Below, piece after piece: positions 21,115 to 31,538 of a stretch of 64,000 nucleotides of DNA. How positions within the stretch are numbered: the stretch's first letter is position 1; each line of letters opens with the position of its first letter. The translations under genes and the position numbers were made by a program. The DNA is from Armatimonadota bacterium. Its GTDB lineage: Bacteria; Armatimonadota; HRBIN16. The DNA is taken from contig OY781964.1 in the NCBI GenBank assembly GCA_963677485.1, positions 256,001 through 320,000 of the forward strand, written 5' to 3'. Below the pieces are notes generated by a model, which saw only the letters and a program-made list of their open reading frames with translations, ran no database searches and was not told the origin of the DNA.

Positions 21115-23301
21115 ATGGCAAACTTGATCTTCACATTCGCGTTCGCTCTATGCCTCAGCTTGCTGTTCATCAAGCCAAAACGTGTCTACGCACAGGAGGC
21201 ACCAGTCAGCATCCGCAGTTTCCAGCCCACCGTTGGTGTGTGCCGTGCGCAGCGGGCCACCACACTCGACGCGGTTCTGGTTAATAACGCAAATTCCGCC
21301 ACAAACATCGAATACAAGCTCACCCTTCCTGCAGGCATCCGCCTCCATAAAGGTCAGCCAGGTGCTCGGATCAGCCTGAAGCAGGTCATCACCAAGCTCA
21401 ACTGGCTCGTAGAGGCTGCTTCTGAGGGTGTGGATGACATGAAGCTGGAGGCTTTCGTAGGCGGACGGCTGGTGGCATCCTACCCGCTGCAGCTCAGATT
21501 CCTGCAGCCGATGGCCGTGAAAAAGCTGCCCTACATTCCAGAGCCGGAGCCTGTGAAGCACAAGCTGTTGATCGGTGCCCACAACTGCCCGCTTTGGGAG
21601 CACGACAAGCCCAACATGTGGTCACAACTGCTCAAACACCCGGAACGTACACCCGCGCTAGGGTTCTACAGCCAGGAAAATCCGCAGATCGCTGACTGGG
21701 AAACCAAATGGTGTGCCGAACACGGTTTGGACTACTTTATCTACTGCTGGTACCGGTCAAGCCAAGGCGAAGCCGTGAAGCAAAAGTTCGGCAGTGCGAT
21801 CCATAACGCCTTTTACCACTCACGGTATGAGAAATACATGAAGTTCACCATCATGTGGGAAAACCAATCCATAGGCTCATCTGGGGTAGCTGACGAGAAG
21901 GACTTGATGAACAACCTCATGCCTTTTTGGATCAACAACTACTTCAAACGGGACAGCTACCTGAAGATCGACAACAAGCCGGTGCTGTATATCTACCGTC
22001 CTGAGAACCTCATCATCGACCTCGGCGGCATCGAGAACGTGCCCAAGGCGTTTGACAAGATGCGGCAGGCCTGCGTGAAGGCGGGTTTCGACGGCCTCAC
22101 CATTCTGGGCGAATACCGCGGACTTGACCCCAACCACTTAACTCTCATGAAGCAGTTGGGCCTTGACTATACCTTTGCTTATTGCTGGGGTATTCAAGAC
22201 AGCCCGAAACCTGATGTGGTGGTCGATACCCAGATGCACTATATCAAGGCCACGCAAGAGCTGGGCATCATCCCGCAGGTGGTCACCGTCTCGCAGGCCT
22301 GGAGCGGCTGGTCCGATGAAGGCAGCATTTGGAAGCTCCCACCGGCAGATTTCGAGCGGTTGCTGAGGCAGGCCAAGGATTTCATCGGCACCATACCCCA
22401 AAACGAGCTGGGCAGCCGCATGTTAATTCTGGACAACTGGAACGAGTGGGGTGAAGGTCACTACATCGCCTCATACCGTGAATATGGCTTTGGATACCTC
22501 GACGCGGTGCGCAATGTGTTTTCCGACGCACCCAAAGAGCACATCGACCTGCTGCCCGAGGATATCGGCATAGGGCCGTACGACCTGGATTACAAAGCCT
22601 ACACGAAACGTCAGGATGCGCTCTCCGAGCATCTAGGCGACGTCGTCACAAAGAAGGGCGCTGACGAAAAAGGGCTGATCGGATGGTGGTCATTTGATGA
22701 GAGCAGGAATGCGCCGTATGTGCTGGACTACTCCGGTCACCGATTGGGCGGGTATCTCTACGAAACCACCCGCACCAAGGGGTGGGACGGCAACGCGCTG
22801 AACTGTCAGGGCGGATGCGCGGTCATCGCCAACAACGCGCTGCTGGCGCCCCAAACGGGCCTCACCTTCTCGCTATGGGTGTATACCGATAAGGCAAACC
22901 AATCGGACCGCTGGATGCTCAACCGCATCTTGTCGGGTCGGTTGGATACCGGCTACCGATTGGGGTTTACGGAGGGGTGTGTCACCTTCGCCATGCCGCT
23001 GACCGAGTGGAGTCACCACGTAACGACTTCCCGACCGCTGCCTGTGGGTAAATGGGTTTATCTCGCGGTGACCTATGATAATCGCACGATCCGCATCTAT
23101 ATAGATGGTGTGGAGAGCGCTTCACTGGAGCGGGGGGGGCCTGTGAAGGGCAACGACCTGAACCTGTGCATCGGCAACTTCGATCCTGGCCACGGTGCCT
23201 TTTTCCAGGGCAAGATCGATGAGGTCAAGCTCTACAACCGCGCACTCATCCCCGCGGAGCTGCGCCGTCACGCCGCCGAGAAGCCCCCTGTGGCGAAGTA
23301 G
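21115..23301 (+). CDS. Secreted GH99-like/WbsX-family glycosidase with C-terminal LamG domain
   Basis: Signal peptide, PALGFY, YLKIDNKPV, DNWNEWGEG; LamG features IGWWSFDE, WVYLAVTYD, FQGKIDEVKLYNRAL. Confidence 0.8.
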   Translation: MANLIFTFAFALCLSLLFIKPKRVYAQEAPVSIRSFQPTVGVCRAQRATTLDAVLVNNANSATNIEYKLTLPAGIRLHKGQPGARISLKQVITKLNWLVEAASEGVDDMKLEAFVGGRLVASYPLQLRFLQPMAVKKLPYIPEPEPVKHKLLIGAHNCPLWEHDKPNMWSQLLKHPERTPALGFYSQENPQIADWETKWCAEHGLDYFIYCWYRSSQGEAVKQKFGSAIHNAFYHSRYEKYMKFTIMWENQSIGSSGVADEKDLMNNLMPFWINNYFKRDSYLKIDNKPVLYIYRPENLIIDLGGIENVPKAFDKMRQACVKAGFDGLTILGEYRGLDPNHLTLMKQLGLDYTFAYCWGIQDSPKPDVVVDTQMHYIKATQELGIIPQVVTVSQAWSGWSDEGSIWKLPPADFERLLRQAKDFIGTIPQNELGSRMLILDNWNEWGEGHYIASYREYGFGYLDAVRNVFSDAPKEHIDLLPEDIGIGPYDLDYKAYTKRQDALSEHLGDVVTKKGADEKGLIGWWSFDESRNAPYVLDYSGHRLGGYLYETTRTKGWDGNALNCQGGCAVIANNALLAPQTGLTFSLWVYTDKANQSDRWMLNRILSGRLDTGYRLGFTEGCVTFAMPLTEWSHHVTTSRPLPVGKWVYLAVTYDNRTIRIYIDGVESASLERGGPVKGNDLNLCIGNFDPGHGAFFQGKIDEVKLYNRALIPAELRRHAAEKPPVAK

Positions 23302-23369
23302 CGACACAGGCGCCAAATTGGTAATTGTCAATTAACAATTGTCAACAGCGTGGCGAAGTCACGTAACCG

Positions 23370-23407
23370 ACTCCCCGCCGGCATCGCCGGCGGGGAGTTT
23401 TCGTTTG
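23370..23407 (+). terminator. Rho-independent terminator
   Basis: actccccgccggc-atc-gccggcggggagt followed by tttcgttt. Confidence 0.8.
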
Positions 23408-23536
23408 TGGGAGGGGTGGGCGCAGTTTGGCAATTTCGTTGAAAAGGGATTGACTCTGCGTGTGACAACGTGCATAATAGGGGTAATGGCTGGAGGAAGT
23501 CACGAACTTCTCCTGGCTCTACGAAGGAGTACGCCC

Positions 23537-25591
23537 ATGTCGCGCTTATTTGCTTTAATGTCATCTGTCTGGTTAGTTGTATCGATGCTATGTATAACAG
23601 CATTGCCGGTAAATGCAGCACCAACGATCACGTCATTCACTCCGAACACTGCCAAGGTTGGGCAAGTGGTTACGATCACTGGAACAAGCTTCACGGGTGC
23701 AACTTCGGTAGAATTCAACGGCACATCGGCGGATGTTTATACTGTCAATAGTGCCACCTCCATACTGTCCACCGTACCTAGAGGGGCCACGACAGGCAAG
23801 ATTTCGGTTACAACACCTGCGGGCATGGCCACCAGTTCATCAGACTTTACAGTGATACCCGCACCCATCATAGATTCTTTTACTCCGGTAAGCGGCAAAG
23901 TCGGGCAGACAGTCGCAATTTCCGGTATGAACTTCTATGGGGCGACTTCTGTGAAGTTCAATGGTACAGCAACGACCTTCACTATCGATAGCGATAGCAA
24001 TATAACTACAAAGGTACCAAACGGAGCTACCACTGGTACAATCTCGGTTGCTACCCCCTCGATTAAAGCCACCAGTGCTACCATCTTCACCGTATATTAT
24101 CTACCAACCATATCTTCTTTTGACTCAGATGGGGGTATCGTAGGGCAAACTATCTCCATCACAGGAACGAACTTCGCTGGTGCGACTTCAGTTGAATTCA
24201 ACGGAACACCGGCTTCATCCTACACAGTCAAGAGTGCGACTACACTCTTAGCCACAGTGCCGGACGGAGCCACGACAGGCCCTATCACCGTAGTATCTCC
24301 CTTCTACAGGGGCTCTAGTGCGAAGGATTTTGTTATATATGAAAGCTTAGGCCGCGGTGGAACCATTGATGTATGGGGGCAACAACGCCAAGTTGCAGGA
24401 ATATATAATGGTTATGTTGCTGCAACTGCAAGGGATCAATATATAATTGGACTGGACATCTACGGTTCAGTGTCTGTATGGGGTAGTGATTATGGGTTGA
24501 GTAATGTACCTTCACCTAACAACGGATTCACAGCCATCGATACATATAATGGTCGTGTTGTTGGGTTGAAAAGAGACGGTTCTATCGTTTGCTGGGGCAA
24601 TAACGGAGGATCAAGCAATCTATTGATCGTTCCAAAGCCTAATACGGACTTCACTGCTATCGCCGCAGGACAAGGACATACAATTGGACTAAAGAGTGAT
24701 GGATCGGTCGTGTGCTGGGGTGATAACTCGCAGGGACAATTGAATATTCCTGTGCCTAACCAAGATTTCACTGCCATCTCAGCGGGTAGTCGCCACAGTA
24801 TTGGACTAAAGCAGGACGGCTCCGTCGTATGCTGGGGTTCTAATGGGTACGGCCAGCGGGATGTTCCCTATCCCAACAAGGACTTCACGGCTGTGGTGGC
24901 AGGCGAACAGCATTCAATAGGTCTTAAAAATGATGGGACGATCATTTGCTGGGGATGGAATGGGGTAGGGCAATGTGATGTACCATATCCCCATAAGGAC
25001 TTTGTTGCCATCGCGGCTGGAGAAAGGCATTCTGTTGGTATGAAAGTCGACGGAACGATCGTTTGTTGGGGAGAAAATGGTTACGGTCAGTGTTCAGTGC
25101 CACAACCTAACAGTGGGTTTATTGCTATTGCTGCGGGTGGCGGCTACTCCACTATCGCCATCCGCAGTGTACAAGCCATTTCGGGTCAAATTCAATTAAG
25201 TGACTTTATTGGCAGTATATCGTCGCAGAGATTTACGGCTGAGGTGAAAAGCGCATCGGATCCTAGCATCTGGCATACACTGAGTCTGACCCAACAAGGC
25301 AATGGCAACTTCAATCTCTCCACCTATTTACAACCACCATATGATATCCGCATCTCAGGCTCTCACTTTCTGGCTGTGAAGTCCACGAATGTCAGTTCCG
25401 ATCAAAGCCTCAATATCGCACTCACGAACGGTGATGCCGACGGAGATGGTCAAATCAACCTTTTTGACTTCGTGGTGCTTGATACACAATTCGGACATCC
25501 GACTGCTATGTCTGACCTTGATGGTGATGGCCAGGTGAATCTGTTTGACTACGTGGTTATCGACCAAAACTTTGGTGCTCAAGGGGACTAA
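23537..25591 (+). CDS. Secreted protein: 3x IPT/TIG, RCC1-like beta-propeller, C-terminal dockerin-like EF-hand pair
   Basis: Three 'PTITSF.P...VTITGT.F.GATSV.FNG...VP.GATTG.I.V' repeats; repeated AIAAG.H..GLK.DG..VCWG; GDADGDGQINLFD and DLDGDGQVNLFD; ATG 23537 after AAGGAG. Confidence 0.85.
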   Translation: MSRLFALMSSVWLVVSMLCITALPVNAAPTITSFTPNTAKVGQVVTITGTSFTGATSVEFNGTSADVYTVNSATSILSTVPRGATTGKISVTTPAGMATSSSDFTVIPAPIIDSFTPVSGKVGQTVAISGMNFYGATSVKFNGTATTFTIDSDSNITTKVPNGATTGTISVATPSIKATSATIFTVYYLPTISSFDSDGGIVGQTISITGTNFAGATSVEFNGTPASSYTVKSATTLLATVPDGATTGPITVVSPFYRGSSAKDFVIYESLGRGGTIDVWGQQRQVAGIYNGYVAATARDQYIIGLDIYGSVSVWGSDYGLSNVPSPNNGFTAIDTYNGRVVGLKRDGSIVCWGNNGGSSNLLIVPKPNTDFTAIAAGQGHTIGLKSDGSVVCWGDNSQGQLNIPVPNQDFTAISAGSRHSIGLKQDGSVVCWGSNGYGQRDVPYPNKDFTAVVAGEQHSIGLKNDGTIICWGWNGVGQCDVPYPHKDFVAIAAGERHSVGMKVDGTIVCWGENGYGQCSVPQPNSGFIAIAAGGGYSTIAIRSVQAISGQIQLSDFIGSISSQRFTAEVKSASDPSIWHTLSLTQQGNGNFNLSTYLQPPYDIRISGSHFLAVKSTNVSSDQSLNIALTNGDADGDGQINLFDFVVLDTQFGHPTAMSDLDGDGQVNLFDYVVIDQNFGAQGD

Positions 25592-25814
25592 GTGGTGTAT
25601 CACATCATCACCATTATGTTGAATCGGAAACAATCGAAAGCAGAAGTGTTGAGTTGTCGGTTGCTTGCCAGGTCGGGCGAACCATAGGCATATCATGTAA
25701 CCTACACACCCATCTTCTCGATGAGTGTTTAGGTTGCGGTATGATTGAATATCCCAAAATGTTGGCTGCGCAGGCCAGGATGGCAAGTGGGCGATGATTT
25801 ATGTGGCTAAGCTT

Positions 25815-25841
25815 TATATCAACATGAGCGATGTTGATATA
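25815..25841. promoter_or_regulatory. Inverted-repeat operator candidate upstream of the SIR2 gene
   Basis: tatatcaacat-gagcg-atgttgatata, perfect 11-bp arms. Confidence 0.5.
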
Positions 25842-25902
25842 GTAATAAGGACGTAAAAACTACGAACTATTGCCCAACTATACATATGCATGGAGTAGTG
25901 AC

Positions 25903-27663
25903 ATGGTCGATTCAATAACGAATTTAGCATTTTCAATGAGCGCAAGTAAAGGGGTGTACGCCTTACTACTGGGGTCGGGTATTAGTCGGTCTGCCGGGAT
26001 ACTTACAGGATGGGAAATAACGCTAGAGCTCATCAGAAAGCATGCTCATATTATAGATCCTGATCTACAACTGGATGAGCAAGGATGTATTGATTGGTAT
26101 CATCAACATATTACAAACGGACAAAATATTGAACATGGACGGTATCCCGATTACTCCAAGGTCGTAGAGGCACTTGCCCCCGAGCAAGTTGACCGTCAGG
26201 CATTACTTCGTCCGTATTTTGAACCTACAGAAATAGATCGTGAGCAAAACAAAAAGGTACCTACTCAGGCGCATCATGCCATCGCTAAGTTGATAAAATC
26301 CGGACATGTCAAGCTGGTGCTAACTACGAATTTCGATCATTTACTAGAACTGGCGTTAGCAGACATAGGAATTGAACCAGACATCATTAGTACTGTAGAT
26401 GATCTTCAGGGACGAAGACCTATCTGCCACTCCCCACATTGCATCGTGAAGCTGCATGGTGACTACCAAGACTTGAGAATAAAAAACACATTAACAGAAC
26501 TCTCGGTTTATGAAACAGAGTTCAATGATCTACTAGATCACGTGCTTGATGACTATGGCTTAGTGATCTGCGGATGGTCCGCAGAATGGGATATAGCTTT
26601 GAGGGAAGCCATCATGCGTGCTCCAAATAGACGGTATTCAACCTACTACACATCATATGGTAAACCTGGCACACAAGCCCAAGAACTGATCCAGAAAAGA
26701 AAGGCTACAGAAATCCAGATTGATGGAGCTGATGAGTTTTTCACAGCCCTGCAGGAGCAAGTTCAGTCCATTGAGGAATATTCACGCCATCATCCTGATT
26801 TAATCGAACTCGCCGTAGCGATGATGAAGCATTATATGGCCGATGCAAATCGACGTATTCAACTGGAGGACTTCGTCGATCAAGTGACGACAGATACCAT
26901 AGCTTCGTTGAAGAAAATTTGGGATAGCCCTAGTTATGGAACAATTAATGAACTGATTGAACTATTTCATAGAATTGAAACGGCTTGTTCAATGCTTACA
27001 GCCATAGCAGCTATAGGAGGCGCGTTTTATGCCAAAGAACATGAGCAGATGTGGACTCGAGTCATAAAACAATTATTAGTCTATTCCGATTCAAGCATTT
27101 CTAGTAAACGCAATGAAATACGTCGTTGCCCGGTCCGAATCATATTGTATGCACTTAGTATCGGCGCAGTGAGGGGTGGGCATATCCAGATGATTAGTAT
27201 GCTTCTCAACGTTTCATGCAGCAACTATCAAGAAAGAGAAGTATCTGTGGTCGATATTGCTAAGCGTTTCTGTGCTGACGCATATACATGGCGAGACTAT
27301 AAACCCATCATCCATATGAGCGAATGGCTGTACGATACATTGCGTCAACCATTTATGCAGCTGCTACATGATGAGAGTATGTATAAGCAGATATTTGATA
27401 CTGCTGATATTCTGATATCTCTTGGGGTTGCCTACCGAGGGAAAATTGGCGGAAGCATGCAGTTCTTGGTGGGTCTATATGGTATTCGAGACCATCATTA
27501 CACGTTACTAAAAAGACAAATCGAAGAATCTATTAGTATTTACAAGAACAGTTCGGAATATGTGAGTATAGGTTTCATTGGCTATGATGCAACTGAATGC
27601 GAAGACACATTGAAAGAATTCCATGAGGAATTCATTAAGCAATGCGCCGTGTTGAAAGGGTAA
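25903..27663 (+). CDS. SIR2-family (SIR2_2) NADase-like protein with uncharacterised helical C-terminus; candidate defence effector
   Basis: LLLGSGISRSAG, LTTNFDHLLE, VKLHGDY, ICGWSAEWD; AT-rich relative to flanks; ATG 25903 after GGAG (ORF is open from 25870). Confidence 0.85.
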   Translation: MVDSITNLAFSMSASKGVYALLLGSGISRSAGILTGWEITLELIRKHAHIIDPDLQLDEQGCIDWYHQHITNGQNIEHGRYPDYSKVVEALAPEQVDRQALLRPYFEPTEIDREQNKKVPTQAHHAIAKLIKSGHVKLVLTTNFDHLLELALADIGIEPDIISTVDDLQGRRPICHSPHCIVKLHGDYQDLRIKNTLTELSVYETEFNDLLDHVLDDYGLVICGWSAEWDIALREAIMRAPNRRYSTYYTSYGKPGTQAQELIQKRKATEIQIDGADEFFTALQEQVQSIEEYSRHHPDLIELAVAMMKHYMADANRRIQLEDFVDQVTTDTIASLKKIWDSPSYGTINELIELFHRIETACSMLTAIAAIGGAFYAKEHEQMWTRVIKQLLVYSDSSISSKRNEIRRCPVRIILYALSIGAVRGGHIQMISMLLNVSCSNYQEREVSVVDIAKRFCADAYTWRDYKPIIHMSEWLYDTLRQPFMQLLHDESMYKQIFDTADILISLGVAYRGKIGGSMQFLVGLYGIRDHHYTLLKRQIEESISIYKNSSEYVSIGFIGYDATECEDTLKEFHEEFIKQCAVLKG

Positions 27664-27832
27664 AACAAGATGCGCCGACATTTATGAATTAATCGAAATG
27701 AGCTACAGTCCAAACATAAATGACAAAACTGTCAGTTCATTGTAAATATCATTTGCAACGACTAGCTTACATGCCAACCGTCAGACTTATATATCACCAA
27801 ATCCGTATCCACCACGTTCCAACCACCACCTC

Positions 27833-27960
27833 GGGAGGCCAATCGGGAGATTGGCGTTCCCAGGAGGCCATACGCCATAGTCATACCTCCTAATCTGTGT
27901 CATCTGCGTAATCTGTGGATAATCCCTCCCCCTCCGTGTCCTCCGCGCCTCCGCGTGCGA
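27833..27960 (+). repeat. Composite repeat: gccaatcgggagattggcgttcccagg plus 9-mer triplets
   Basis: 27-bp core identical at 27838, 37194 and 60321. Confidence 0.85.
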
Positions 27961-28108
27961 TAATCCCAGCCCCAACCGCCCGCATGTAGCAATGCAACTG
28001 GTATTTGTAGCATAATACTGGTATCCGGTGACCATTCTATTTCAGCCATCATTAACTCCATTGAACGTTTTGAGTGACGCATCGGCCATCTTTCGGAGGT
28101 GTTTTCAT

Positions 28109-30592
28109 ATGTCAAAGTTGCGTGCATTGCTGGCCGTCTGCCTGGTGCTGATAGTCTCCGCACTCCCAGGTTATGCCGCCCGCGATACCATCAAACTGGC
28201 CACTATCAGTTCAAACTACCGGGCAGCCCTCATGGAGATCGCAAAACGCTACGAGAAAACCCATCCCGATGTGTCCGTTGAAGTCACCATCGTACCGCAG
28301 AACTTCGAAACATGGATTCGCACCCGCTTCGCTGCCGGCGGCGACCAGCTCCCAGACATCTATAATGCCAACTACACCGTGGGCTATGAGCGCATGGGCA
28401 AGCTGGTCAACCTCTGGCCATTCCTTCAGAAAACCAACCCCTACACCGGCAAGCGTTGGTATGACATGTTCTATACCGAGCAGTTGGAGCGGTTCAAACT
28501 CGGCGGAGAGCTATACTGGGTGCCAATCGACACCATCGAAATCGCGATGTTCTACAACCGCGACATCTTCGACAAGCTCCACCTGCAGGAACCCAAAACC
28601 TGGAATGAGCTGTTGGACACCTGCAAGCTGATCAAAAAGGCGGGCCTGGCACCTGTCGCCATCGGAGGGAACGCCTCATCGTTCTGGGTCGGTGATATGG
28701 GCTGGCTGATCCGCATGTTCAGCGATGTCTACATGCGCAAGTTCGTGCCGTCGATTATCGCCCAGCCCGGTGACTGGGATTATGACGCTACCCGTAACAA
28801 GAGTTTCAAATATAACGGCCAAGACCCGATGAAGGATCTGATGGTCGTGATGGATAACGAGCGGCTGCAAAACCGCATCCTGGATGGCTCGATCAACCTG
28901 GCCGGTCCTGAAATGCGGCAGATGTATGTCAAGCTTAAGCAGTTCTCACAGTATTTCCAGCCAGGTTATCTTGGCACTGACCCAGCCTCCGCCAACCGGT
29001 TGTGGTATCGGCAGAAGGCGGCGATGATACTGCTGACCAGCTCCTCCGTGACCGGCATCGTGCGTGACTTCAAGCGGATGCCGAAAGAGGACCGCTTCCG
29101 GTTTGGCAACTTCTGGTTCCCGAAAATCACGGACGACCCGATGGCCTGCGGCCCCTTCCGCGGAGTCGGCGGCCCCGGGATGCCGTTGTGCGTCACCAAC
29201 AAGAAGAACCCCGAGCACCACGCTCGAGTGGTCGACTTCTTGATGTTCATGACCGCACCTCAGAACGTCCGCCTGTTCATCGAGATGACCCTGGCCGACG
29301 ACCAGCCTCTGACAGGCCCGCTCACCGTGCGCGATGTGCCTCTCCCCCCTGCCATCGCCGATCAGATGAGTGTATTCACCGGCCATGGCTACGAGAAACT
29401 GACCTTCCGCGGTCTGGAAGACGAGCAGGAGAGCACCTTTGAATGGAGTGTCCTGGCCCAGGAATACATGGCCGGGCGTCTGGAGCTGAGCAGCTTCCTG
29501 ACACAGTACAAAGACTCGATGATCAAGGCAGTGCCCCGGATGCGGGCGAAGAACGGCGTGGATGGCAATCCCAAAACGCACGATATTCCACCCGATATCG
29601 CCGTAGTCCGCTCACGATGGAACCCGTTTGAGAACGGCTCCTTCATGCTGGGCATCATCATCGTGCTGTTCGGCGGCTTTGGTATATGGCATGTCAGCCG
29701 CTCCAGAGGCGCAGCCCGCAGGCAAACAATCACCGCTTACGTGCTGCTTCTCCCCACGTTTATATTGCTGGGTGCGTTTAACTACTTCCCCGCTCTGTCG
29801 GGACTGTATCACGCCTTCACCCGTTGGGAAGAAGGCCGCGGGGCGGTCTTTAACGGTATGGACAACTTCAAGGTCATGGCACAGGACATGGTTTTGTGGC
29901 GAGGCATCGGAAATATGATCACCCTGCTGGTAGCCGGGTTGTTCAAATCGATCGTGGTACCGTTCATTGCGGCTGAGCTGATACTGGCACTCATTAGTGA
30001 TCGTGTACGGTATCTGTTCCGCACGCTATTCTTGATCCCCATGGTGGTGCCAGGTATGGTAAGCATCCTCATTTGGGGATTTATCTACGACCCCAACATG
30101 GGCATGTTGAACCAGGCACTGCAAGCAGTTGGCCTCGATAACCTGCAGCAAAACTGGCTGGGTGAGCCCTCGCTGGCCCTGCCAAGCATCATCTTCATGG
30201 GCTTCCCCTGGGTGGGAGCCTTCGGGCTGTTGATCTTCATGGCAGGCTTGATGGACATCCCTGACAGCGTGTATGAAGCCTACCGGATGGAGTCCAGCAA
30301 TCTGTTGAAGCGCATCTGCGCCATTGACGTCCCGCTGGTGAAGAGCCAGGTGCGGATGCTCATCATCCTATGCTTCATCGGCAGCCTGCAGGACTTCCAG
30401 ACGATCCTGCTGCTGACCGACGGCGGGCCTGGGCTCTCGACCACGGTGCCTGCGCTGCGGATGTACCATGAGGCGTTCCGGTTTACGCATTATGGCTATG
30501 GATCGGCCATCGGGCTGCTGCTGTTCATCATCGTGATGATGCTGACGGTTCTCAACATGAAGGTTCTCAAGCGATCGGAGTTGGAAGCATGA
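28109..30592 (+). CDS. Carbohydrate ABC transporter: solute-binding protein fused to permease
   Basis: Signal peptide, SBP_bac_1 features (MFYNRDIFDKL...PKTWNEL), then a TM domain with IPDSVYEAYRME (EAA-like) and LTDGGPG. Confidence 0.88.
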   Translation: MSKLRALLAVCLVLIVSALPGYAARDTIKLATISSNYRAALMEIAKRYEKTHPDVSVEVTIVPQNFETWIRTRFAAGGDQLPDIYNANYTVGYERMGKLVNLWPFLQKTNPYTGKRWYDMFYTEQLERFKLGGELYWVPIDTIEIAMFYNRDIFDKLHLQEPKTWNELLDTCKLIKKAGLAPVAIGGNASSFWVGDMGWLIRMFSDVYMRKFVPSIIAQPGDWDYDATRNKSFKYNGQDPMKDLMVVMDNERLQNRILDGSINLAGPEMRQMYVKLKQFSQYFQPGYLGTDPASANRLWYRQKAAMILLTSSSVTGIVRDFKRMPKEDRFRFGNFWFPKITDDPMACGPFRGVGGPGMPLCVTNKKNPEHHARVVDFLMFMTAPQNVRLFIEMTLADDQPLTGPLTVRDVPLPPAIADQMSVFTGHGYEKLTFRGLEDEQESTFEWSVLAQEYMAGRLELSSFLTQYKDSMIKAVPRMRAKNGVDGNPKTHDIPPDIAVVRSRWNPFENGSFMLGIIIVLFGGFGIWHVSRSRGAARRQTITAYVLLLPTFILLGAFNYFPALSGLYHAFTRWEEGRGAVFNGMDNFKVMAQDMVLWRGIGNMITLLVAGLFKSIVVPFIAAELILALISDRVRYLFRTLFLIPMVVPGMVSILIWGFIYDPNMGMLNQALQAVGLDNLQQNWLGEPSLALPSIIFMGFPWVGAFGLLIFMAGLMDIPDSVYEAYRMESSNLLKRICAIDVPLVKSQVRMLIILCFIGSLQDFQTILLLTDGGPGLSTTVPALRMYHEAFRFTHYGYGSAIGLLLFIIVMMLTVLNMKVLKRSELEA

Positions 30593-31458
30593 GAGGTTAC
30601 AAATTCACATTCGGCCAGTTGATGGTCATAATAACGCTGGTGATACTGGCGGTACTGACCCTTCTACCGTTTTACATGACACTGATGATCTCGCAGAAGA
30701 CCAATGGTGAGATACTGAACCACTTCTGGGCCTGGCCACGCGAGTACCACCCGGAGTATTTCACGAAGGCGTTTCTGTTCATCAAACACTACATGCTGAA
30801 CTCCGTCACCACCGGTGCCATCTCCATTATCGGTTCGGTGTTCCTTTCGTCGCTGGCTGGATATGTATTTGCCCGGCTGGAGTTCGGCGGTAAGAACGTG
30901 CTCTACATGCTGATACTGGCGCTGATGATGATCCCTGGGCTGCTGACTTTAGTGCCGGCCTTCCTGTGGTACAAGGAGTTCCCGCTGGTGGGCGGTAACA
31001 ACTGGCTGGGCATTGGCGGCTCCGGGTTCCTCGATACCCGCTGGGCGGTAATCATCGCCGCAATATCGGGAGGGCAGGTTTTTGGCACCTTCCTCTGCCG
31101 CACCTTCTTTGAGTCGATCCCCTCCTCGCTGTTTGAATCGGCGCGTATGGACGGTGCCAGCGAGTTCCAGTGCTACTACAAGCTGGCGCTGCCTCTCTCG
31201 CTGCCGATCCTGGCCACACTGGCCATCATGGGTTTCGTTGGGGTGTATAACGACTATATCTGGCCGCTCATCACCATCGGCAATGACAAGATACAGCTCT
31301 TCTCGGTGGGCGTCACCAAGTTCGGTGCTGAGGGCAACCTGGACCAAGGGCCGATGATGGCAGGCTACCTGATCGGTGCGCTGCCGTTGATTTTGCTGTT
31401 TGCGGTGGGCATGAAGTTCTATGTCGAGGGCTTGACCCGCGGTGCCGTGAAGTCGTAG
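30589..31458 (+). CDS. Carbohydrate ABC transporter permease (MalG-like)
   Basis: LAGYVFARLEF, FESARMDGAS, YNDYIWPL, GAVKS. Confidence 0.92.
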   Translation: MRGYKFTFGQLMVIITLVILAVLTLLPFYMTLMISQKTNGEILNHFWAWPREYHPEYFTKAFLFIKHYMLNSVTTGAISIIGSVFLSSLAGYVFARLEFGGKNVLYMLILALMMIPGLLTLVPAFLWYKEFPLVGGNNWLGIGGSGFLDTRWAVIIAAISGGQVFGTFLCRTFFESIPSSLFESARMDGASEFQCYYKLALPLSLPILATLAIMGFVGVYNDYIWPLITIGNDKIQLFSVGVTKFGAEGNLDQGPMMAGYLIGALPLILLFAVGMKFYVEGLTRGAVKS

Positions 31459-31538
31459 GCCGGAAATTGCCACATGTGGCTGCCGGTGCTTACACGGTAG
31501 CCCATGCTGTAACTGATATGGGCTCTAGAATCGGCTAA

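Noticed and set aside
23316-23360. AT-rich heptamer run (aattgtc-like) and a 10-bp duplication gtggcgaagt
   Set aside because: Too short and degenerate to support a target-site duplication or element call.
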